Shown one piece after another: positions 18,546 to 26,654 of a stretch of 50,696 nt of DNA. Position 1 is the first letter of the stretch; every line of letters begins with the position of its first letter. Source of the stretch: Gemmatimonadaceae bacterium (GTDB lineage: Bacteria; Gemmatimonadota; Gemmatimonadetes; Gemmatimonadales; Gemmatimonadaceae); contig DATFBS010000064.1 in NCBI GenBank assembly GCA_035253695.1, positions 1 to 50,696 on the forward strand, in the 5' to 3' direction. Under the pieces are notes generated by a model. That model was not told the DNA's origin, did no database searches, and was given only the letters and a program-made list of their open reading frames with translations. Both the position numbers and the translations under genes were made by a program.

Positions 18546-19310
18546 ATGCGCCCCTCTTCGTTCTTCGGATTGCTGTCCATCGCACTGATTGGCGCGCTGC
18601 CGCTGGGCTGCGGCGACGATGGGCCGACCGCGCTCGACGATTCCACGGACGGCCCCACCAGCCCGCAAGGGCCACAGGCCACACCGCCCAATCTGGCACC
18701 CACAGCAGTGGCGGGACCAGACCAGTCCGCCGAGTGCGCGTCACACGCGGGCTCGACCGTTACGCTGACCGCTGCGGGGTCCGCGGACAGCGACGGCCAG
18801 ATCACACTGTACGAATGGTTCGAGAGCGGGAAGCGCATCGCAATCGGTTCAACGCCGACAGTCACGCTCGCATTCGGTGAGCACACCATCATCCTCCGCA
18901 CGACGGACGATGACGGTGGAACGAACGATGACGTCGTCGTCGTCAACATCCGGGATACCCAGGCCCCGACGGTCGCCATGGTTGTCAGCCCTGCGAGCCT
19001 GTGGCCGCCTAACCACACCATGCACGTCGTTGCGCGCGGCGTCACGGCGAGCGATGTCTGTGATCCGGCGCCTGCGCTGAGCTTCGCGATCACTAGTGAT
19101 GAGCCGGAGAACGGCCTCGGCGATGGCGACACCGCGCCCGACTGGGCGGTGCAGCCGTCCGGAGCATCCCTCGCCGACGTGCTCGTCCGAGCCGAGCGCA
19201 GTGGACTCGGGAATGGGCGAGTGTACACGATTCGCGCGACCGCGGTCGATCGTGCGGGCAATGGCTCCAGCGCCGCGACCGGCACCGTGACCGTGCCGCA
19301 CAACCAGTGA
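18546..19310 (+). CDS. secreted lipoprotein with PKD/Ig-like domain
   Basis: Signal peptide with LGCGDD lipobox. PKD-like stretch (TVTLTAAGSADSDGQITLYEWFESGKRIAIGSTPTVTLAFGEHTIILRTTDDDGGTNDDVVVVNI). Confidence 0.55.
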   Translation: MRPSSFFGLLSIALIGALPLGCGDDGPTALDDSTDGPTSPQGPQATPPNLAPTAVAGPDQSAECASHAGSTVTLTAAGSADSDGQITLYEWFESGKRIAIGSTPTVTLAFGEHTIILRTTDDDGGTNDDVVVVNIRDTQAPTVAMVVSPASLWPPNHTMHVVARGVTASDVCDPAPALSFAITSDEPENGLGDGDTAPDWAVQPSGASLADVLVRAERSGLGNGRVYTIRATAVDRAGNGSSAATGTVTVPHNQ

Positions 19311-19312
19311 CG

Positions 19313-20092
19313 TCAGGGCACCGAGTCGAGCACGCGCCGCTTACCTAACGGGTCGATGTCGAACGCGACGGCCTGGCGCCGTCGCGCTTCGGCGCCCCGT
19401 ACCGTCGCCAGGGCCGTGTAGTAATCCAGATACGCGAACGACGAGACCCCGCCACGCACGAACTCGTAGCTCGAAACGAGCTCGCGCCACTTGGCCATGT
19501 GGTCGCTGACGTCGATGTACAGGTACGGCTGAAACCGCTCGGTGTCTTCCCAGTTCTCGGCGTACCAGAGACGGGTCCCGCGATGCGCGGGCTCTCCCTT
19601 CGAGCCCACCTCGATCGCGGCGAGCAGCACCGCGTCGACGACGATGGCGTGCGCGGCCGCATGGTCGCGGTGAATGCTCTCCCGCCAATGTGTGATGACG
19701 AGGGTCGGCTTGGTCTGACGAATGACATCGGCCACGTAGCGCCGAGCCTCGTCGGTGTCTGGAACCTCCCCATCGCGATAGGGGGCGAAGATGACGTCCC
19801 CGCCTAACACACGCGCTGCCGCTTCCGCTTCTTTCCGCTTTTGTGCCCCGTACGCCGTCGGCGGAAGCTTGGGATTCCCGCGCTCTCCCAGGCTCAGGTG
19901 CAGAATGACGACGCGATCGCCGAGCTGACGCTGCTTGAGAAGCACGGCACCGGCGGTGAGCTCCATGTCCCCCGCGTGCGCGCCGACGGCCAGGATCGTC
20001 CGGGGTGCTTGCTGACCCTGGGTCGGAACCGCGACCAGGGCGAGAACGACGAAAGGAACGAGGAATGAGGAAGCTGAGATCGTCTTCCTCAT
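19313..20092 (-). CDS. PIG-L/LmbE family deacetylase, secreted
   Basis: LmbE-like N-terminal motif (ILAVGAHAGDMELTAGA) and a conserved HxxH region. The signal peptide MRKTISASSFLVPFVVLALV is encoded by the arms of the repeat element at 20053-20133. Confidence 0.7.
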   Translation of the reverse strand: MRKTISASSFLVPFVVLALVAVPTQGQQAPRTILAVGAHAGDMELTAGAVLLKQRQLGDRVVILHLSLGERGNPKLPPTAYGAQKRKEAEAAARVLGGDVIFAPYRDGEVPDTDEARRYVADVIRQTKPTLVITHWRESIHRDHAAAHAIVVDAVLLAAIEVGSKGEPAHRGTRLWYAENWEDTERFQPYLYIDVSDHMAKWRELVSSYEFVRGGVSSFAYLDYYTALATVRGAEARRRQAVAFDIDPLGKRRVLDSVP

Positions 20093-20133
20093 TCCTCGTG
20101 CCTCGTTTTCCTCATTCCTCGTTCCTCGTTCGC
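20053..20133. repeat. palindrome AGGAACGAGGAATGAGGAAG / CTTCCTCATTCCTCGTGCCT plus a tandem extension of the right arm (GAGGAAYGAGG family)
   Basis: 20053-20072 is the reverse complement of 20083-20102 with one mismatch. A further direct repeat runs to ~20133. The deacetylase start codon (~20090) lies inside the right arm. Confidence 0.65.
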
Positions 20134-20142
20134 AGAACTACC

Positions 20143-21840
20143 TCAGAGTAGCGGTGCGCAACCTGACGGATTCGTGCACACCGGCACCAGCTCGATCCCC
20201 CGATAGTAGTGCTTCAGGATCTCGATGAACGACGCCTTCTTTTCCGCCATGCCGACCGCACCCGTCTGCGACATCCCGACGCCGTGACCGAAGCCGCCGC
20301 CCCACGCCACGAAGCCGGTGAGCTCCTTTGTCTTCCTGTCGTGCACCGGCTCGATGTACACCAGCGTGCTCGGCAGGTTGACCTTCGCGCCGCTGGCGTC
20401 GATGAAGCGAAGCGACGAGCGGATGCGATCCTTCGTATCGGTGAAGGTGCCGGCCTCCGTCACGTACTCGATCGTCTTCACGCGGCCCGATCCGCTGCGC
20501 TCGAGCACGTTGATCGCCAGCACGGCGCCGACGTCCTGACCTGCCCATAGAGAGAGGACGTTGCGGATCTCGGCGTTGGTCCACTCGAACGTCCAACGGT
20601 GGAAGCGGCTCCAGTCCGCCTCGAAGTCGCCTGCCTTCGTCGCGCGGAGCTGCCGCGCGTTCGCGTTGTTCTGGACGCCGTCGTCGTGATTCTCGAGCGA
20701 GTTGCCGCGCTGATGATCGGGGATCCCCCGCAGGTAGGCGACCGGTGCGGAGTTGAAGACATCCTCATTGTTGGCGGTGAATCCACCACTCGTCGAGAAG
20801 TACAGGGCCTCGATCGGACGGATACGATCGACCGTCGCGATCAACCCGTCAGTCTCGTTCACCGCCTGCGTGGAGAGCGGATGCTCATCCTGGAAGCCGC
20901 CGTACACCTGATCGGCGGTCGTCGGGAGCAGATTGTAGCCGTCGGACGCCCGCTTGTTGAAGTTCGCGATCGCGTAGGTGCGCGCGGCGACCGACTGCGC
21001 CTTCAGCGCCTCGAGCTCGGGGAAGGCGATAGGACCCAGCTCGCGAGGCACGACGCCCCACAGATACTGCTCGAGTGGAAGCTCGTTGACTCCGGCGATC
21101 GCACCTCCACCGGTCGCGATGTGAACCTCGGCGACGCCCCGGTACAGCCGCGTCCCGATGCGGACAATGCCGTCGGGCGACGCGAGCACCACGTTCCCCG
21201 GTACATTGGCGAGCGAGGTCGTGCCGCGCCGCACGTCGATCTGCGCGACGCCGTCGGAGCGCGTCACGGTGAAGGGGCCACCAGGCGCAGTCGGGGGGAA
21301 GGTGAGTCCCGCGGCAGTGAAGCTGGCGACGAAGGCGGTGCGTTGCGCCGCGGTCGCGTTCGTCGGCAGCGAGCCAATGCGAAGGCGCCAGCAGTTCGCT
21401 CCCGCCACGAACTCGGTATACCACTCGAACCCGGCGGTAGTTACTCGCGAGGTCCAGTTGTCGCGGGTCGCAACGCTCCCCGTGCAGGCCACCTGCCACC
21501 AGAGCCGCGTGCGAGGCGTTCCACCGGGAATCAACACCGCCGTGAGATTCTCGGCGTTCCCGGTCGCGATCGTTGCACCCGTGGTCTTGTTGATCACGGT
21601 GAACGACGTCGGACTGCCGATCGTCAGGCTAGTCGTGGGCGTCGATCCGTTGATCGCGGCAATGACGCCAATCCGGATCATCCCGGTAAATCCGGCAGGC
21701 GGATCGATCGGCTCACCGATGGTATCATCGCGGCCGTTCTCGAAGCGGGGGGAGTGCGGGCTCGTGACGAGATCGGTGCAGGCGGCAACCATAACGAGCG
21801 TGCCCGAGGCGAGGCTCGTCACCAGACGACCGAGACGCAT
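20143..21840 (-). CDS. SpoIID/LytB domain protein (peptidoglycan amidase-enhancer-like), lipoprotein
   Basis: C-terminal SpoIID/LytB signature region (AQSVAARTYA...YFSTSGGFTANNEDVF...). N-terminal lipobox VAACTD. Confidence 0.7.
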   Translation of the reverse strand: MRLGRLVTSLASGTLVMVAACTDLVTSPHSPRFENGRDDTIGEPIDPPAGFTGMIRIGVIAAINGSTPTTSLTIGSPTSFTVINKTTGATIATGNAENLTAVLIPGGTPRTRLWWQVACTGSVATRDNWTSRVTTAGFEWYTEFVAGANCWRLRIGSLPTNATAAQRTAFVASFTAAGLTFPPTAPGGPFTVTRSDGVAQIDVRRGTTSLANVPGNVVLASPDGIVRIGTRLYRGVAEVHIATGGGAIAGVNELPLEQYLWGVVPRELGPIAFPELEALKAQSVAARTYAIANFNKRASDGYNLLPTTADQVYGGFQDEHPLSTQAVNETDGLIATVDRIRPIEALYFSTSGGFTANNEDVFNSAPVAYLRGIPDHQRGNSLENHDDGVQNNANARQLRATKAGDFEADWSRFHRWTFEWTNAEIRNVLSLWAGQDVGAVLAINVLERSGSGRVKTIEYVTEAGTFTDTKDRIRSSLRFIDASGAKVNLPSTLVYIEPVHDRKTKELTGFVAWGGGFGHGVGMSQTGAVGMAEKKASFIEILKHYYRGIELVPVCTNPSGCAPLL

Positions 21841-21912
21841 GGAAACTCCGTCAAAATTGGGGAGCCGTAACTTAGCGGCGTGCCGCGCTCTCGGAAGTCC
21901 GAAAACTCCCCG

Positions 21913-22320
21913 CTACGGTGCGCGCTTCAGCAGCGCGGTGAGGGCTACCGGCCGCACGTGACACTCATCGGCGGTTACGACGACGTCGCGGCGCTCCCAG
22001 TCGACGAACCCCGGCTTTCGCACGGTTACCGTGTAGGTTCCCTCGCGTTCGCCGGCGGCGACGAGCGGCAAATTGTCGAGATCAGGCCGGTTCGGCGGAT
22101 AGCTCGAGGTGTCGGCATACGCGGCGTCCCGTGCGATCAGCTGAGCTCCGGAAGCCGACGGCCCTCCCGTGACGGAGTCCTGCACGGTCACGTGAAGGCC
22201 CCACACGAAGTTAGCAGTGCAGGCTACCGGCAGCCCGTCGACGGTATCACACGCGCCGAGTGCGAATGCGCAGAGGGCAAGAAGCGCCTGCGGGACAAGA
22301 CGGGAGGCACGCATCACCAC
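21913..22320 (-). CDS. hypothetical lipoprotein (small β-sandwich-like)
   Basis: Signal peptide with lipobox LGACDT. GTYTVTVRKPGFVDWERRDVVV resembles carboxypeptidase-regulatory-like folds. Confidence 0.45.
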   Translation of the reverse strand: MVMRASRLVPQALLALCAFALGACDTVDGLPVACTANFVWGLHVTVQDSVTGGPSASGAQLIARDAAYADTSSYPPNRPDLDNLPLVAAGEREGTYTVTVRKPGFVDWERRDVVVTADECHVRPVALTALLKRAP

Positions 22321-22359
22321 CGAGACCCCACGCGATTCCCGGTAGTCACCGCCTACACC

Positions 22360-22770
22360 TCAGTTTGCGGGGGTGACAGCACCTCCCGACCGCGCGCGTG
22401 GCCGGCAGACGACGAGCGTGGCGACAAGCGCCGGAAGTCCGGCCGCGAGGCACAGCGCAAATGCGCCCCAGCGTCCCGGGTCATCCGGATACCCGAGCTG
22501 ATGATCGTAGAAGGCGACCTCGAGGACGGGCTCAACCCCCTGAGCCAGGAGTACCGCCAGCCCGACGATGCCGGCGGCCGCACGGGCGGGCGCATCAGGC
22601 CAACCCCGCGCGATGAGGCAGCCGACAATGGCGAAGGCCGCGACGGCGAAGATCCAGTGGTCGGTCCAGCCGAGGCTGAGCCGATGATGCACAGGACGGG
22701 CAAGATGCCAGTCGATGTGAATGACGGCTGCAAGCCCAAGGACCAGCGCGGCGTATGCGGGACGGCGCAT
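22360..22770 (-). CDS. hypothetical integral membrane protein
   Basis: Four hydrophobic segments. No recognisable motif. Confidence 0.4.
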   Translation of the reverse strand: MRRPAYAALVLGLAAVIHIDWHLARPVHHRLSLGWTDHWIFAVAAFAIVGCLIARGWPDAPARAAAGIVGLAVLLAQGVEPVLEVAFYDHQLGYPDDPGRWGAFALCLAAGLPALVATLVVCRPRARSGGAVTPAN

Positions 22771-22824
22771 AGGACTGTCACCTCAAATGGGCGATCTCAT
22801 TCTGCGGCGTGGAATCGTCACCCG

Positions 22825-24213
22825 CTAGCGCACCCAATCGTTCACGCGCTGGTCGGGCATCATCCCCACGGACCCAAGGAGCGCGTCGAGGTCCTTTCGC
22901 TGGAAGACGCGCCCACGCAAGACGACCGCCGCGATGCGCCGGGTGTTGGTGATATCGGTGAGAGGATTGGCATCGAGCAGGACGAGATCCGCGACTTTGC
23001 CCTGTTCGATCGTACCCACCGAGTCAGCGAGGCCGAGCCACTCGGCGGGCTTTCGCGTCGCGCTGGCGAGCGCTTCCAGTGGGGTCATGCCGACCGAGTC
23101 GACGAACAGCCGCAGCTCCTCGTGCAGCGAAGCACCCGGAAAGATGTTGAGGACGGCGACGTCCGAGCCGGCCATGATGCGGACGCCGGCTTCGCGCATC
23201 TCCCGGAGATGCTTGAGCGCGATGGGCCAGGCGCGATCGAAGTATTGCCGTCGCTGCGGCGTCACCTCCTCGACCTGCTCGCGCCAGTCGAGGATCATGA
23301 ATCGCGACAGATACGGCCGTAGCGGATGCGCGGCCGGGGTCGTGTCGGACACGAGGGCGCGAAAGTACTCCAGAGGACGGAAGACCGATTCGGTCGCTAC
23401 GACGATCGTGGGGACCACTCCGACGTCGCGAGTCGCGAGCTGACGCCAGAACGCCATTCGCTCGTCGCGCGGAAGGGAGTCGAGCGAAATAGGAAATCCA
23501 TGCTCCACACCATCCTGGCCGGCCTCGATAAACCCCGCCGGCGTCGCCGTGACCACGTGCCCCACGAGACGCTTTCCGCGTGCATGTGCCGCAGCCGCCA
23601 ACGCGAGATAGGTCTCGCGATCCTGCACCGTGCGGATCTTGAAATGGTCGAGCTCCAGCGCGGCCAGCGAGTCGATGGTCCGACGCGCGTCGTTAGGTGA
23701 GCCGACGGGAATCCGCGCCCGCTCGAACGGCTCGACACGCTCCTCCGGCGGATCGCGTCGCATGCGCTCGATGTTTCGGAGCGATTCGAGATAGGGCCCC
23801 GCGATGAGCATCCGCGGCCCGATCCGCTGCCCGCCCCGTATCTCCCGGCGCCACCGCAGCACCTCGGCGTGCTCGCTTCCCTGATCGCGGAGGGTCGTCA
23901 CCCCGTGCACGACGTACAGTCCGAGCGCCGAGGCGCGGGTCTTCGACGTGTGGGCGTGCATCTCGAAAAGACCGGGGATGAGGAATTTGCCGCTCCCATC
24001 CACGACGATCGCTCCCGCTGGAGCGCGCACGTCAGCGGCGCTACCGATGTCGGCGATTCGGCCATCACGGACGAGCACCGTGCGGTCGGCGGACGGAGCA
24101 GCCTCGGTCATCGGGATGACCGTCACATTCTGGATTACGATCGACGTCTGGCGCGCCGCGCATCCTGGCAGGGCGGCGAGCGCCGCCGCGAGAACCACGA
24201 GATGTCGGATCAC
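22825..24213 (-). CDS. amidohydrolase family protein (secreted)
   Basis: Signal peptide. Metal-binding HAH motif (EMHAHT). Amidohydrolase C-terminal region (GSDVAVLN...GKVADLVLLDANPL). Confidence 0.75.
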   Translation of the reverse strand: MIRHLVVLAAALAALPGCAARQTSIVIQNVTVIPMTEAAPSADRTVLVRDGRIADIGSAADVRAPAGAIVVDGSGKFLIPGLFEMHAHTSKTRASALGLYVVHGVTTLRDQGSEHAEVLRWRREIRGGQRIGPRMLIAGPYLESLRNIERMRRDPPEERVEPFERARIPVGSPNDARRTIDSLAALELDHFKIRTVQDRETYLALAAAAHARGKRLVGHVVTATPAGFIEAGQDGVEHGFPISLDSLPRDERMAFWRQLATRDVGVVPTIVVATESVFRPLEYFRALVSDTTPAAHPLRPYLSRFMILDWREQVEEVTPQRRQYFDRAWPIALKHLREMREAGVRIMAGSDVAVLNIFPGASLHEELRLFVDSVGMTPLEALASATRKPAEWLGLADSVGTIEQGKVADLVLLDANPLTDITNTRRIAAVVLRGRVFQRKDLDALLGSVGMMPDQRVNDWVR

Positions 24214-24229
24214 AGCCCTCCTCGATCTA

Positions 24230-25075
24230 TCATTGTTCGGTGGTCTTCGTCGCCACGACGAGCAAGTGCGCGCTACAGCCGAGTACCGAAGGCTCCGACT
24301 CCAAAAGCCGCGCCACGTGGAGAAGGGCCTTTCGTTGCTCGGGATTCGTCCAGCGTTCGTCGAAGTCAGACAGAATCCATCCCGGGCCTTCCACTCCGTA
24401 GAGGCCTTTCACGGCGAGACCGACTTGCTGCGTCTCCCCGCGCAACTCCTCCGGCGCATGGAAGTACGCTGTCGTGAAGTAGTCCATGCGCTCCGTAGTA
24501 TTGCGGTGCTGGCCTTCCCGCACATCGCGCTCGACGATCCTCGCGAATCGCGCGTCGCCGAGGAGGTTGCGGGAAAGACCATCGAGCGCGGACGCCCAGC
24601 GTGAGATGGCTGCGGCGATGAGCACGCCTCCGGGCGCGAGCACTCGCGCCGCCTCGGCCAGCGCGCGTTGCCGATCGATCGCGTCGACGAGGTGATACAG
24701 CGGCCCGAGCAGGAGCACGAGCTCCGCCGTGGCGTCGGCGAAGGGAAGCTGTCGTGCATCGGCCACGCGACAGGACGCGAGCGCGTGCTTCGCGCGCGCG
24801 TTCCGACGCCGCGCTTCCTCTACGAGGCGCGGCACGGCGTCGACGAGGTGGACGGTGTAGCCACGCTCGGCCAACCAGAAGGCGTACGCACCAGCAGCCC
24901 CACCGACATCGAGCACCGTCGCCGGCGGAGGGGGGCCGTGTCGCTCGACGAGCTCCCGCGTTCGCGCCTCTTCGAGCTTGAAGGGGCCTTGCTCGAGGCG
25001 GGATTCCTCGGGCGTTCGGTCATAGAAGTCGGCGATGGCAGGGTCGAGGCCCGGTAACCGTTCCACGTTAGGCAT
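24230..25075 (-). CDS. class I SAM-dependent methyltransferase
   Basis: SAM-binding motif I VLDVGGAAGAYA, then acidic β2 (VHLVD) and motif post-I (RVLAPGGVL). Confidence 0.75.
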   Translation of the reverse strand: MPNVERLPGLDPAIADFYDRTPEESRLEQGPFKLEEARTRELVERHGPPPPATVLDVGGAAGAYAFWLAERGYTVHLVDAVPRLVEEARRRNARAKHALASCRVADARQLPFADATAELVLLLGPLYHLVDAIDRQRALAEAARVLAPGGVLIAAAISRWASALDGLSRNLLGDARFARIVERDVREGQHRNTTERMDYFTTAYFHAPEELRGETQQVGLAVKGLYGVEGPGWILSDFDERWTNPEQRKALLHVARLLESEPSVLGCSAHLLVVATKTTEQ

Positions 25076-25486
25076 CCAGGAAAGCCACCGCTTCTCGAAA
25101 CTGCTCAGGGGCAGCCAGAAAGGTCAGGAGCGGAATCGTCGTGTCCCGAATCTCGCTCAGCGGCTGAAACCCGAGCTTCGAGAGCAGCTTGAGCGATTCC
25201 GTATTCGGTGCATCGACGGCCGCGCGTATCAGCGGCAGCCGAAGTGCGTCGAAGCCATGAGCAAGTCCGCTCACCATAGCCTCCGTGGCGAGCTCGCGTC
25301 GCCACACCCGGGATGCAAAGCGATTACCGGTTCATGGAACGTGAACGCGCCCTTCAACGCTACCTCGCGATCATCGAAAAGGTATCGCCGCACCGGAGGG
25401 GCATTCCAGATCCTGAGTATCCGGTCGACGTCATCGTCCATTGTCGGACGCAGCGTCAGCCGGCGGGTCTGCAGCGCGGGAAGCAC
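25068..25486 (-). pseudogene. GNAT (RimJ/RimL-like) N-acetyltransferase, frameshifted and possibly internally deleted
   Basis: N-terminal GNAT segment (GTG 25486; LQTRRLTLRPTMDDDVDRILRIWNAPPVRRYLFDD) ends at a stop at 25271. The C-terminal GNAT segment (RFASRVWRRELATEAMVSGLAHGFDALRLPLIRAAVDAPNTESLKLLSKLGFQ) is in another frame (25068-25330). Span 419 nt is not a multiple of 3. The middle acetyl-CoA-binding region looks shortened. Confidence 0.45.
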
Positions 25487-25506
25487 ACGAATCGTGTGTA
25501 GGAGAG

Positions 25507-25959
25507 CTAACGCGGTGCCGAGGAAGCGCGACGGACGCGTCGCACGACGATGAGCATCCAGAGGGCGCTCGCGAGCAGCAGGGGCGACGACCAGACACCG
25601 GGTGCAGGCCGGCCGAGCCACAGACTCGTGAGGCTGTGACCCAGCGCGTTCGCGATGTGAACGACACTGAGCGCGGTGGCCAGCGGAACACACCATCGGC
25701 GACCACGATAGGCAAACGGCGCGAGGCCGAGCCAGAGGACGACCGCAATCGCGAGGCCGCTGAGCCACGCCCTGAACGAGAACGTCGGCGGAAACGGAAA
25801 GCCGCCCAGGCGCTGTTGCAAGGAGAGCGCGGTGGAGTTGTACAGCGCGAGAAAGTCGTTTGCCGCTTCGTCGGCGACGTGCACCGCCAGCGCGAGTCCG
25901 AGTGCGATCCACGCGTGGCCGAACGTGCGGTGGACGGGAGCATGGGAACGCGGGGTCAC
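25507..25959 (-). CDS. hypothetical integral membrane protein
   Basis: Four predicted TM helices. 150 aa. No recognised motif. Confidence 0.45.
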   Translation of the reverse strand: MTPRSHAPVHRTFGHAWIALGLALAVHVADEAANDFLALYNSTALSLQQRLGGFPFPPTFSFRAWLSGLAIAVVLWLGLAPFAYRGRRWCVPLATALSVVHIANALGHSLTSLWLGRPAPGVWSSPLLLASALWMLIVVRRVRRASSAPR

Positions 25960-26160
25960 GTGTCGTCAGGCATTCGAGCGCCGCAGGCCGCCCCGCGCAT
26001 CAGGCCTAACGAGAAGACCATTCCGCCGCGGCCGGAGCGGGAGACGAAGACCCGAGAAGTGTGACGTGCATCACGAATGTTGCCCCTTGATGGAACACCT
26101 GTCCCTTCTAGATTGCGCGGCCCTGCGGGGTTCCTGTCAACTCCTCTTCAGGAGGCAGGT

Positions 26161-26313
26161 GTGCGGAAGAAACCCACGCTTGTGCTCGAGACCCTCGAGC
26201 CACGGATCGCTCCCGAAGCGATCGGCAATCCGGGGAACAACAATCCCCCCGCCAACAACACCAACAATCCGGGCAATGAGGGCACCGGTGGCAAGGTCTC
26301 GACCGGCCCGTAA
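26161..26313 (+). CDS. small precursor-like peptide A (50 aa): conserved leader + Gly/Asn/Pro-rich core
   Basis: GTG start preceded by AGGAGG. Sequence MRKKPTLVLETLEPRIAPEAIGNPGNNNPPANNTNNPGNEGTGGKVSTGP. It shares the leader with peptide B. The ORF-track version starts further upstream at 26077. Confidence 0.5.
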   Translation: MRKKPTLVLETLEPRIAPEAIGNPGNNNPPANNTNNPGNEGTGGKVSTGP

Positions 26314-26377
26314 GTGCCGGGCCGGGCAAGCTGGTTCCACTGAGTTTCCAATCACATCAACCTGGGAGTGAACTCAC

Positions 26378-26554
26378 ATGGAAGAGAAACCCACGCTGAA
26401 GCTCGAGGAGCTCGAGCAGCGCATCGCACCGGAAAGTGTCGGCAACCCGCATGACGCTCCTCCAGGCCAGGGCAATTGGGGCGGCGGTCCGGGCAACTCC
26501 GGCCCAGGCGATCAGAACGGCCAGAACAATCAAGGCGACGGCGGCCAGCCGTAG
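26378..26554 (+). CDS. small precursor-like peptide B (58 aa), paralog of peptide A
   Basis: ATG with GGGAG 8 nt upstream. Sequence MEEKPTLKLEELEQRIAPESVGNPHDAPPGQGNWGGGPGNSGPGDQNGQNNQGDGGQP. It is below the ORF-track cutoff. The leader KPTLxLExLExRIAPExxGNP is conserved with peptide A. Confidence 0.5.
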   Translation: MEEKPTLKLEELEQRIAPESVGNPHDAPPGQGNWGGGPGNSGPGDQNGQNNQGDGGQP

Positions 26555-26569
26555 CACGGCGATCGAAGG

Positions 26570-26646
26570 GTGGCTGTCGCGATCCCTGCGACAGCCACTC
26601 CTCGGCGTAGCTGCTTGAACTCGTTCCGCCGCGAAGTCGGCGGAAC
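26570..26646 (+). terminator. two consecutive stem-loops (11-bp and 9-bp perfect stems) between the peptide genes and the processing/export gene; attenuator or partial terminator
   Basis: GTGGCTGTCGC-gatccct-GCGACAGCCAC (26570-26598) and GTTCCGCCG-cgaagt-CGGCGGAAC (26623-26646), read directly. Confidence 0.4.
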
Positions 26647-26654
26647 ATGAGGGG

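Noticed and set aside
17770-18588. 272-aa plus-strand ORF containing GPQGPQGPQG collagen-like triplets
   Set aside because: The triplets are just the GGGTCCTCA repeat read in another frame. The ORF is antisense to the cupin gene and overlaps the palindrome.
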